Below, piece by piece: positions 9,466 through 17,865 of a DNA stretch of 24,987 nucleotides. The translations under genes were made by a program, and so were the position numbers. Below the pieces are notes generated by a model. That model saw nothing but the letters and a program-made list of their open reading frames with translations, was not told the DNA's origin and searched no databases. This DNA is from Chlamydiota bacterium (GTDB lineage Bacteria > Chlamydiota > Chlamydiia > Chlamydiales > SM23-39), in assembly GCA_050049995.1 (NCBI GenBank), contig JASFVE010000027.1, positions 1-24,987 on the forward strand, read 5' to 3'. The number at the start of each line of letters is the position of its first letter. Position 1 is the stretch's first letter.

Positions 9466-10797
9466 ATGGCGGCAGCAGCTTCAAGTTCAATACAGTCAAA
9501 TCAAATAGATCTAGAGGCATTGCAATGCTTAAAATCTGGGGATGAGTCTAGGTTGCAAAATCTTGCAGCAAGAGTTAGTGAAACTTTTTTAAATAATGAG
9601 TTTCATAATATGTGTCTTTGTAACTATGCCCCTGCAGTTGCAAATGTTGTTAACAATAATCCAAACTTCCCTTCTATCAACATAACAGAAATCTTAGAGG
9701 CTATCGGACATCTTTGTTTTCACAAACAACAAGGGTTGATTGAGCTGGTAATGGGCCGTCTCACAAAAGATGATGTAGTTACAGCTAGAGAGCGTGTTAT
9801 AGATCAGCTAGAACTATGGGACTTTTGTAAACCTGGTGAATACAGTAAGACTCTTCTCTGGGCTAGACAATCGCTAGTGGGTGATCCAGAAATAGATGAG
9901 CAGGCATTAAAATGCTTAGAGAAAGGAGAGGAAGAAGAGCTGCAAAGGGTTGTACCAAAAGTTAGTGCAGCATTTTTAAACAGAGAATTTTCTAATATAT
10001 GTCTTAAGGGGAATATTCCAACTATTGAAGCTATTATCAAAAATAATCCCAACTATTCTCTCGTGTTTTTTAAAAAAGTTGTTGACGGTCTTCGGAGCCT
10101 TTGTCATGGAAAGCAAAAGGATTTGATTAATCTTATAATTTCAGGGCTCCAACCAAAATATGAGCTGATTGCTAGAAATCATGTTTTACAAGAACTTGAA
10201 GACTTAGATAGGCATGATCATTATAAGTATGGTTACACGCTTCGCTGGGCTCAGGGTGAAGTGAAAAGAATTGCAAGAAACGCCAGCATAGATTTTCTAG
10301 AAAAAGAATTTTGTTGGATGTGTAGTAATAATTTTGAGTTTTGCGTTACAGAAATAGTTGATGAGAACAAAAACTTTGCTTTGATGAGCTGGGATAAAGT
10401 TCTCGGGGCGCTTTATTTTCTTGCTAGAGATCAGCGAAAAGAATTAATTAAATGTATAGAAATTAAGCTTTCAAGCAATAACGAAATAATAAATCCAAGT
10501 GAACGACTAGATGAAGGGCATAAAGTTTTAGTTCCAGTTATAGAATACTTAAAATGTCTTCATAAAGAAGATCCTGAAAAATATGATGGGATGCTTAAGT
10601 GGGCTTATGATCGCAATCAATTGATTTATAAAATACAAGAAGCCTTACACGGGACTCGTATTCCTCCTAACCCCTTAGAAAAGAAAAAACTTCCCGACCC
10701 TAATCGCCCTCCACTGCCTCCTAGGAATCCACTACCTCCTGATCAATGGCCTCAGCCTCACCCTCCTAATAGCTGGCCACCGCCCCTTGATGACTAG
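9466..10797 (+). CDS. Hypothetical protein with three internal repeats and a Pro-rich tail; candidate secreted effector
   Basis: 443-aa ORF preceded by AAGGAAG. Ala/Ser-rich N-terminus, visible repeats, PPLPPR-containing tail. Confidence 0.8.
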   Translation: MAAAASSSIQSNQIDLEALQCLKSGDESRLQNLAARVSETFLNNEFHNMCLCNYAPAVANVVNNNPNFPSINITEILEAIGHLCFHKQQGLIELVMGRLTKDDVVTARERVIDQLELWDFCKPGEYSKTLLWARQSLVGDPEIDEQALKCLEKGEEEELQRVVPKVSAAFLNREFSNICLKGNIPTIEAIIKNNPNYSLVFFKKVVDGLRSLCHGKQKDLINLIISGLQPKYELIARNHVLQELEDLDRHDHYKYGYTLRWAQGEVKRIARNASIDFLEKEFCWMCSNNFEFCVTEIVDENKNFALMSWDKVLGALYFLARDQRKELIKCIEIKLSSNNEIINPSERLDEGHKVLVPVIEYLKCLHKEDPEKYDGMLKWAYDRNQLIYKIQEALHGTRIPPNPLEKKKLPDPNRPPLPPRNPLPPDQWPQPHPPNSWPPPLDD

Positions 10798-11001
10798 TTT
10801 TAATGTTTTCTGATTATTGATTAAATTATAATTAGTTTCTATTTCATTTTTTTTAATTTGGAGGGAGTGATTTATTTATACTTCCAAAAATTAAATAAAG
10901 TTTTTAATAACTTCTAATTATTAAAAGAGGTATTTCTTTTTGGGATTTTTTATGTTATATTATAAGTTAACTTATGATCAAAAAACCAAGGTAATAATAT
11001 T

Positions 11002-11523
11002 ATGTCAGCAGCTATTAATTTAAATTCGTCACCAGCAGATGTCATTCAAGTAATTGCAGAACATGAAGATCTTTTGGAAGCAAGTAAACTTTACCAAGCA
11101 TCCGGGCTTACTGAAAAAGCAGCGAAAGTGCTTGAGTTATTTAAAAACACTATTCCAGAGTGTAGAGATAACCGTACTAAAGTAGATAAGTTTATGGCCC
11201 TTGCTGTTGCCTGGGGGCAGTTGGGAAAAAAGGAACAAGCTAATCAGTGTTTATCAGATGCTGAAGGGATCATTACTAATGCATTTAGATTTAAATCATA
11301 TGCATTTATTTCTTTAGCTAAGGGCTTTGTTGAGATAGGAGAGTTTGCCAAAGCTTTAGAGCTTTTTCAATCCTCTATTAATAACAGTGAAGATGATGAT
11401 GAACTCCTTCAAAAAATCTCCATAACTTTAAGAGACATACTTGATAATCATGCTGATCTAGAAGATGGCATCAAAAATCAGTATGGAGCTTTTCTAACAG
11501 AAGTAGAGTCCAAGATACAATAG
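11002..11523 (+). CDS. Hypothetical TPR-like helical repeat protein
   Basis: ALAVAWGQLGKKEQANQCL and SLAKGFVEIGEFAKALELF show TPR-like small-residue spacing. Confidence 0.7.
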   Translation: MSAAINLNSSPADVIQVIAEHEDLLEASKLYQASGLTEKAAKVLELFKNTIPECRDNRTKVDKFMALAVAWGQLGKKEQANQCLSDAEGIITNAFRFKSYAFISLAKGFVEIGEFAKALELFQSSINNSEDDDELLQKISITLRDILDNHADLEDGIKNQYGAFLTEVESKIQ

Positions 11524-11625
11524 TTTTAGAAGTCTTATTTGCGAATGACACAACTCAGAATAGTAGCAAATTAATTGCACTTTAGATAAATTTTGCTAAT
11601 CTATTAATTCATTTGAGTTTTTTTC

Positions 11626-12399
11626 ATGAAGGGTTTTTGTTCATTCGCATCTGGTTCTAAGGGAAATTGTATTTATCTTGCTACTACTCATGCGAAGATA
11701 CTCATTGATGCTGGCATTAGCGCTAGGATGATCGAGAAAAAACTCAATGAAATTAATGTCGATATATCTGAAATTGATGCCATAATCGTAACGCATGAGC
11801 ATAGCGATCATATCCAAGGGTTAAAGGTTTTAGCTGCTAAGAAAAAAATCCCCGTTTTTTGTAATGCCGATACAGCAAGAGGCATTTGTGATAATTTAAG
11901 GATTCAGCCTAATTTTAAAATTTTTACAACAGGGGAGCCTTTTACTTTTAAAGATTTAGAGTTTAAGCCCTTTACTATACCTCATGATACCTTAGATCCT
12001 GTGGGATTTACTGTTCTATATGATCGACATAAACTAGGGTTTTGTACAGACTTAGGCTTTGTAACAACTACTGTTATACATAGCCTGCAAAGCTGTGATT
12101 ATTTATTTTTAGAGGCAAATCATCATCCTGATATGGTGATGTCTAGCCCTCGCTCTCCCATATATAAAAGAAGAGTATTGGGAAGACAGGGGCACCTATC
12201 TAATATGGAATGCGCGAAACTCATTGATGAAGTTTTTCATCCAAAATTGAAGCATATCCACCTGGCTCATCTTTCCAGTGAATGCAATCAAAAAGATTTG
12301 GCTTATAAAACGGTGAAAGAGTTTTTAGAAGACAAAAATAAGAAAGTAGATGTTTCCGTTGCTCTTCAAGATGCCACTTCTAAAAAAATCTATCTTTAA
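11626..12399 (+). CDS. yycJ: MBL-fold metallohydrolase, YycJ/WalJ-like
   Basis: ASGSKGN, IDAG, THEHSDH, PHD, TDLG, EANH, GHLSN and LAHLS motifs. Confidence 0.88.
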   Translation: MKGFCSFASGSKGNCIYLATTHAKILIDAGISARMIEKKLNEINVDISEIDAIIVTHEHSDHIQGLKVLAAKKKIPVFCNADTARGICDNLRIQPNFKIFTTGEPFTFKDLEFKPFTIPHDTLDPVGFTVLYDRHKLGFCTDLGFVTTTVIHSLQSCDYLFLEANHHPDMVMSSPRSPIYKRRVLGRQGHLSNMECAKLIDEVFHPKLKHIHLAHLSSECNQKDLAYKTVKEFLEDKNKKVDVSVALQDATSKKIYL

Positions 12400-12452
12400 A
12401 TATCTGCTGTTAGCTTATTTTTTATAAAGCAATGAAAAATTCATATAAGAAA

Positions 12453-12468
12453 AAAAGCCTAGGCTTTT
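12453..12468. promoter_or_regulatory. Perfect 16-bp palindrome upstream of the HEPN gene (possible operator)
   Basis: AAAAGCCTAGGCTTTT is its own reverse complement and ends 37 nt before the GTG at 12506. Function is inferred. Confidence 0.4.
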
Positions 12469-12505
12469 ATGATTATTGGCAATATTTTCTAAAACGTAAA
12501 AAAAT

Positions 12506-12904
12506 GTGGAAAACCTGAAGCCTAAAAAACTTAAAGAGCTGGCAACTGACAGGCTAAATGATGCTAAAGTTCTTTTTGAAGCATCTCGTTACGATGGCGC
12601 TTATTACATTTGTGGTTATGCAGTAGAAATGGCGTTAAAACATAAAATTTGCGATACATTAGGTTGGGACGAGTATCCCTCAACAGGGAAAGGTTCAGAG
12701 AAATATAAAACTTTTAAAACTCACGACTTTGAAGTTCTTCTTCATTTGTCTGGAGTTGAAAAATCGATAAAAACGTTATTAATGGCTGAGTGGTCAGTTT
12801 TAAAGAACTGGGAATCAGAAACACGCTATTCATCGCAACGTCAAATAAAAGAAGACGTTAGTTTAATGATCGAGGCAACAGAGATTTTGTTGGAACATTT
12901 ATGA
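12506..12904 (+). CDS. HEPN domain protein
   Basis: RLNDAKVL...RYDGAYYICGYAVEMALK, KTHD and W...TRY pattern of the classical HEPN family. GTG start. Confidence 0.82.
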   Translation: MENLKPKKLKELATDRLNDAKVLFEASRYDGAYYICGYAVEMALKHKICDTLGWDEYPSTGKGSEKYKTFKTHDFEVLLHLSGVEKSIKTLLMAEWSVLKNWESETRYSSQRQIKEDVSLMIEATEILLEHL

Positions 12905-13287
12905 TTGAAATTATTAATAAGATAAAATCTGCAATCACTTCTCTAGAGAAAGAAAAACAGCCGTTATTGATTTGTGCCCTTTTTTTACGCCAAGAACCCC
13001 TTGAAAAATGGGATATTATTATCTCAGCTTCATGGCTTAACCCTACAGAAATGGGCTCTTATAAGATTATTTCTTCTAAGTTAAAAGATTATTTAGAAGA
13101 TGCTGAACTCATGCAATTTTCTCGAATAGTTCTTTTAGATCCCAAAGATCCTATAGTTTCATATCTACAAAACTTAAAAACTATAGATAATGGTGGTTTT
13201 CATGAGCTTGAAGAAGAGGAGCTTTCAGATAAATTCAAATTTATTATAAAAAAAGCTTATCTTCTTCGCTCTAAAAAATCCGAATAA
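12901..13287 (+). CDS. Hypothetical protein coupled to the HEPN gene (candidate antitoxin or degenerate nucleotidyltransferase fold)
   Basis: ATGA start/stop overlap with HEPN; alpha/beta pattern ALFLR...WDIIISASW; no GSxxxG/DxD motif. Confidence 0.7.
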   Translation: MIEIINKIKSAITSLEKEKQPLLICALFLRQEPLEKWDIIISASWLNPTEMGSYKIISSKLKDYLEDAELMQFSRIVLLDPKDPIVSYLQNLKTIDNGGFHELEEEELSDKFKFIIKKAYLLRSKKSE

Positions 13288-13294
13288 TATTTTT

Positions 13295-14632
13295 TTAAAT
13301 AGCAACAGTCAATCCGTCAAAGGCATACGTTACATGGCAGGGGATTTTACAATCGCCCAAGATTTGTCTGTGTAAAAGCTGCTTGTTAATTAAAAACTCA
13401 TCATCATGTTGTGGATCATGATGTGTTACAATCCATTCTGGCACTTTTGTATATTTTAACAAGACAGAAGCATTTGGAATAGAGGAATGGCCCCAGCCTA
13501 TTTTATCTTTGTATTCAAGGGGGGTATATTGCGCTTCATGGATTAAAATGGAGCACTCTTTAAAAAACTTAATAAGGCTTTGATGAGGCTCTAGCTTAGG
13601 ATCTTTCACTTTAATTTTATTAGGATGTCCGAGATATCCCATAAGCATTTCATTATCTGTCGCATAACCAATAACATGCTTTTTAGTGTAAATCTTAAAA
13701 CAGTAGGTCATTCCCGGATGAAAGGTAAAATGAAAGTCTAACTTAATGTTTTTGTTAATAGTTACGGGTTTTCTATCGGCAATTTCATGAAAATGTATTT
13801 TTGCCTGTACTTCATCTAATCGAATAGGAAAAAACTCATAAGCAAGCATATCGGTAAAAAGCTCTTCTGTAACCCTTCCAAAACCTTTAGGACCCCAAAT
13901 ATGAATTTCATAGTTGGACTTATACAAAGGCTCGAAAAATGGAAAGCCAAGGATATGATCCCAGTGGGTGTGACCTAAAAAAAGATGGATTTTTCGTATG
14001 TCACTTTTTAAGATATCAAAACCTAACTGTCTTATGCCGGTTCCTGCATCAATAATAATTAAATCTTTGCCCTGCCTTATCTCTAAACAGCTAGTATTTC
14101 CACCATACCTTGCATATTTTGTCCCTGCCACAGTAATTGAGCCTCTTGTTCCCCAAAATTTCAAATAAGAATCAGGTTCATGAATAGCTGGGTTATAGAT
14201 ATCTTTTTTCGCTGTGACAGGTTTATTTTTTTTGATAAAAGGCTGTGGCTTTAGCTTTCCTTTAAAAAAGGCCTCTACTAATTTGAAAAAAGCATCTACT
14301 TTAAAAGGTCTTATTAAAAAATAGTCTACTTGGGCTTCCATGGCAGCGTGATAGTCTTGGATCATCTGCTTGGAAGTGGTGATAATAACGCCAATATTTT
14401 TTGTTTCGGGGCTTGATTTTATTTTGCTTAAGATTTCTATCCCATGGATCATAGGGAGCATTAGCTTCAAAAGAATCAAGTCAGGTTTGAAGCTCTTTAT
14501 TTTTTTTAGGCAATCTTTTCCATTGTCAGCAAAGCTAAAAACATAAGAGCTAGCTTGATTTGCTTTTGTGATCTTTTTCCGCCAATACTTTGAGTCATCA
14601 GCTAGCAAAATTCTTTTTTTGCGAGTGCCCAT
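13295..14632 (-). CDS. Receiver (REC)-like domain fused to an MBL-fold metallohydrolase
   Basis: N-terminal RILLADD...PDLILLKLMLP...GIEIL; C-terminal WGTRGS, YGGNTSC, DAGTG, HTHWDH, HPG, TDNE, WGHS and HHDP. Confidence 0.88.
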   Translation of the reverse strand: MGTRKKRILLADDSKYWRKKITKANQASSYVFSFADNGKDCLKKIKSFKPDLILLKLMLPMIHGIEILSKIKSSPETKNIGVIITTSKQMIQDYHAAMEAQVDYFLIRPFKVDAFFKLVEAFFKGKLKPQPFIKKNKPVTAKKDIYNPAIHEPDSYLKFWGTRGSITVAGTKYARYGGNTSCLEIRQGKDLIIIDAGTGIRQLGFDILKSDIRKIHLFLGHTHWDHILGFPFFEPLYKSNYEIHIWGPKGFGRVTEELFTDMLAYEFFPIRLDEVQAKIHFHEIADRKPVTINKNIKLDFHFTFHPGMTYCFKIYTKKHVIGYATDNEMLMGYLGHPNKIKVKDPKLEPHQSLIKFFKECSILIHEAQYTPLEYKDKIGWGHSSIPNASVLLKYTKVPEWIVTHHDPQHDDEFLINKQLLHRQILGDCKIPCHVTYAFDGLTVAI

Positions 14633-14697
14633 TATATCCTATTGCCTTTCTTAACTTGGGATATAATGGACAATGCTATTAATAATAAAGAAAGTTC

Positions 14698-16986
14698 TTA
14701 TGGTAGATCAGACGGGTCTAGTAGCACTCTTCTTTGTTTACTACCTTCAGGAGCACTGACAACACCATTAGATTCCAGCTCATCCATTAAGCTTGCAGCC
14801 CTAGCGTAACCTATTTTTAATTTCCTTTGTAAATAGGTAGTAGATGCTGTTTTTGTCTGTACCACTATTTCAAGAGCCGCATCATAAAGCTCATCTTTAG
14901 GGGCAGCCTCTTCACCTAAAACATCTTCTTTTTTCATAGCATCAAAAGACTTGATTAGGTAGTCAGGAGGAGCTTGTTCACAGATGGCTTCAACACATTG
15001 ATTAATATCTTGATCCCTTATGTAAGCACCTTGCGCTCTTACAAGTTGAGAAGAACCTGGAGGTAAAAATAGTAGATCTCCATTGCCTAAAAGGGTCTCT
15101 GCCCCTGTTTCATCTAGGATAATTTGAGAGTTGATTCTACTCGCTACTTTAAAAGCTATTCTAGTAGGAATATTGGCTTTGATTATTCCTGTAATAACTT
15201 CTCTAGAAGGCCTTTGTGTAGCCAATACCATATGAATACCAACCGCTCTGGCCATTTGGGCAATCCTTGCAATAGGGGTTTCCAAATCGGAGCTAGATAC
15301 CATCATTAAGTCAGCAAACTCGTCCATGATACAGACGATGTAAGGTAGTTTTTCTGGAATTTCCGGGTCTTCATCCTTTTTTCTTTTTCTGGAGTTAAAA
15401 GAAGCTATATTTCGAAGACCAATTTTCTTGAGTATTTCATAGCGGGCCCCCATCTCTGATACCAGCCACTGTAGCGCTGCATAAGCGCCATGTGCTTCTG
15501 AAATAACAGGAGCTATCATATGAGGTAAGTTAGAATACTGAGTAAGCTCTACTTTTTTGGGATCGATCATTAATAGCTTTACCTCATCAGGCTTAGCGTT
15601 CATGAGTATGGACATAACTAGTGTGTTGATACATACGGATTTTCCAGATCCAGTAGCACCAGCAATTAAACAATGGGGCATTTTAGCAAGGTCTGCAATT
15701 ACATTTTCACCACTTACTGTTTTTCCTAAAAGCAAGGGAATGTGCATCTTTTTCTGTGTTTGATATTGTAAAAGCATCTCTTTAAAGCTAACTTCTTGCG
15801 GATGCATGGCGGGTATTTCTACACCAACAGCTGCTTTTCCAGGAATAGGGGCAATGATCCTGATAGATTTGGCTTCTAAATTAAGGGCTATGTCTTTCTC
15901 TAATGCCTTAATTTTTTGTACTTTGACACCGACAGGAGGTTGCACCTCAAAGGAAGTAATAGTAGGTCCACAGTGTATTTCTCCAACATTTGCCTCTATT
16001 CCAAAGCTATAAAGGGTATCTTCTAAAAGTTTTGCCTGCTTTTTTAATCCTTTTTTCAGGTTAGGTTGGTCTACTTTTTGTGCATCGGTTAAAAGATTAG
16101 GGCTAGGTAACTGAAATTCTAAAAAAGCAGAATTAGATGACCCTGTTGTTTCTTTGATCGGCTTGATAATGGGTTGAACAGGAATTTTTTCTTCCAGCGT
16201 ATGAATAATAGGCTCGGAGGAAATAGACTGCTTAGGTTCTTTTTCAACTGGCTCAAACGGTTTGGGCTTGGCTATGAATACTGGTTTAGTAGGCTTTACC
16301 CTTGGCTCATAGGCAGGTTTTCTTCTTTTAAAAACCAAAGTGATTTTGGCAAGAAAGAAAAATAACTTTGCTACAGCTTCTTTTAAAAGATGCAGTTTGT
16401 TTCTGACGCTTGTCTGGGAAAGAAGAACAAAAGAGACTACGGCTCCCATAGAAAAAATAATGGCAACACCAAAATCACTTAAAAGTTTTTGCAAATTAAA
16501 AATCGGGAAGTCAATGTAAAGATAGTAAAAAGGGACTCCTCCAAGATTATATCTATAATGAATTACTGGATGTGGTTCATAAAAGGTGGCCGTTTCGGTA
16601 TAGACAATGTTTTGTAAAATAGAGGCTTTTTCTTCAAAAAGCTCTGCTCCTACATTTAAAAGCATGCAAATACAAAAAATAAATGTGCTGAAATAAGAAA
16701 TGCGTAAATTTAGACCTTTTACTTTTTGATCTTTGAAGAGCTTATAACTTATCCATAAGAAATAAAGGACCATTAAATAGGAACTCAGTCCGAAAAGATA
16801 CTCAAAAACAAATGCTACGACGTACCCTAAGATACCTAGCCAGTTTTCACTTGGCTGTGAATGGTGAAAGCTTATTAAAGACAAGGATAAAAATAAGGTA
16901 AGGGCAAATACGATGAGTCCCTTAGCTTCAGGGTGCAGGTGACTCGATTGTTTTTGTTTCTTCTTTTTTTTCTTTTTCTTAGCCAT
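14698..16986 (-). CDS. ftsK: DNA translocase FtsK
   Basis: N-terminal TM domain, Walker A GATGSGKS, DEFADLM, ATQRPS and gamma domain LQRKLKIGYARAA. Start moved from 17049 to the ATG at 16986 (MAKKK...), which overlaps the uppP stop by 8 nt. Confidence 0.97.
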   Translation of the reverse strand: MAKKKKKKKKQKQSSHLHPEAKGLIVFALTLFLSLSLISFHHSQPSENWLGILGYVVAFVFEYLFGLSSYLMVLYFLWISYKLFKDQKVKGLNLRISYFSTFIFCICMLLNVGAELFEEKASILQNIVYTETATFYEPHPVIHYRYNLGGVPFYYLYIDFPIFNLQKLLSDFGVAIIFSMGAVVSFVLLSQTSVRNKLHLLKEAVAKLFFFLAKITLVFKRRKPAYEPRVKPTKPVFIAKPKPFEPVEKEPKQSISSEPIIHTLEEKIPVQPIIKPIKETTGSSNSAFLEFQLPSPNLLTDAQKVDQPNLKKGLKKQAKLLEDTLYSFGIEANVGEIHCGPTITSFEVQPPVGVKVQKIKALEKDIALNLEAKSIRIIAPIPGKAAVGVEIPAMHPQEVSFKEMLLQYQTQKKMHIPLLLGKTVSGENVIADLAKMPHCLIAGATGSGKSVCINTLVMSILMNAKPDEVKLLMIDPKKVELTQYSNLPHMIAPVISEAHGAYAALQWLVSEMGARYEILKKIGLRNIASFNSRKRKKDEDPEIPEKLPYIVCIMDEFADLMMVSSSDLETPIARIAQMARAVGIHMVLATQRPSREVITGIIKANIPTRIAFKVASRINSQIILDETGAETLLGNGDLLFLPPGSSQLVRAQGAYIRDQDINQCVEAICEQAPPDYLIKSFDAMKKEDVLGEEAAPKDELYDAALEIVVQTKTASTTYLQRKLKIGYARAASLMDELESNGVVSAPEGSKQRRVLLDPSDLP

Positions 16987-17725
16987 AAAACCAAATGCAA
17001 GTAATTCCAAGTAAAAGCAGATACCATCCAAAAAAGGAAATCTTACCATTTTTTACAATTTTAAAGAGGAATCTTAAACTTAAAAATCCAAAAATAAATG
17101 AGGTAAAAAAACAGGTCAAATAGGGTAACTGAAATAGTTCTTTTAAAGAAATACTTGCTTTAACTGATTCCATTAAAAACCCACCTACAATTGTTGGAAG
17201 GGCCAGTATAAAAGAAAAACGAACCGCTTCCTTTGGATCAAATCCTCTTAACTTTGCTGCAGAAATGGTAAAACCACTCCTCGATATTCCTGGCAAAAGC
17301 GCCATGGCCTGCATTGAACCAATAAATAACACATCTTGGAATTTACGTTCAGCTGGTGTCTTTCTTTTCCATGAGGAAAATAAAATAAAGGCAGAAGATA
17401 CTAAGAAAAAATATCCTAAATATCTTATTTCAGAAAACTTGAGAAGATAGGGCTTTAATAAAAAATAAGCCGGGATTAAGGGTAGCAAGGCTACAAAATA
17501 CTCTAATATACTTTTAGGAGATTTGAGTACTTGGATAATTTCTTTTCTAAGCACAATGCTAATAGCTAAAAGGGAACCCAAATGGCCAATGAGATCGAAG
17601 AGAATATCTTTAGTTTCTATATGTAAGAGGTTTCTAGCTAAGTAAAGGTGAGCAGAAGAGCTAACGGGAAAAAACTCCGTTATTCCTTGAACAATTCCTA
17701 AAATAATTGCTTGCAGTAAAGACAC
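16979..17725 (-). CDS. uppP: Undecaprenyl-diphosphate phosphatase (BacA)
   Basis: QGITEFFPVSSSAH and PGISRSG motifs; polytopic membrane protein; GTG start. Confidence 0.95.
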   Translation of the reverse strand: MSLLQAIILGIVQGITEFFPVSSSAHLYLARNLLHIETKDILFDLIGHLGSLLAISIVLRKEIIQVLKSPKSILEYFVALLPLIPAYFLLKPYLLKFSEIRYLGYFFLVSSAFILFSSWKRKTPAERKFQDVLFIGSMQAMALLPGISRSGFTISAAKLRGFDPKEAVRFSFILALPTIVGGFLMESVKASISLKELFQLPYLTCFFTSFIFGFLSLRFLFKIVKNGKISFFGWYLLLLGITCIWFYG

Positions 17726-17742
17726 AATACATTAATTGAATT

Positions 17743-17820
17743 TGGGGCGATCGACGGGACTCGAACCCGCGACTTTTGGAACCACAATCCAACGCTCTAA
17801 CCAACTGAGCTACGATCGCC
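17743..17820 (-). tRNA. tRNA-His (GTG)
   Basis: GGCGATCGTAGCTCAGTTGGTTAGAGCGTTGGATTGTGGTTCCAAAAGTCGCGGGTTCGAGTCCCGTCGATCGCCCCA folds as a cloverleaf with anticodon GTG (17783-17785), G-1:C73 pair and encoded CCA. Confidence 0.98.
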
Positions 17821-17831
17821 ATAGGCCACAT

Positions 17832-17862
17832 ATTATAAGCTGAATTATGGAATTGATGTCAA
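17832..17862 (-). promoter_or_regulatory. Putative promoter of tRNA-His (and uppP-ftsK)
   Basis: Perfect TTGACA and TATAAT hexamers 11 nt upstream of the tRNA. The spacer is 19 nt, longer than optimal. Confidence 0.55.
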
Positions 17863-17865
17863 TTT

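Noticed and set aside
10790..10813. ATGACTAGTTT overlapping the stop of the repeat protein, identical to the first 11 nt of the F-box gene at 24809
   Set aside because: The frame closes after 7 codons and no further similarity is visible; probably chance.
11564..11599. CIRCE-like inverted repeat upstream of yycJ (ATTGCACTT-N8-TTTTGCTAA; also TAGCAAA...TTTGCTA)
   Set aside because: Only 6/9 matches per arm and the spacer is 8 rather than 9 nt. Explainable as a TTGCAC/TAATCT promoter in AT-rich DNA.
16951..16980. Poly-A/poly-Lys tract at the ftsK start as a phase-variation site
   Set aside because: The frame is intact, the gene is a core division gene, and basic N-termini are common in FtsK.
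16987..17049. N-terminal extension of ftsK in the ORF track
   Set aside because: Lies within uppP; the ATG at 16986 gives a typical basic N-terminus and a short coupled overlap.
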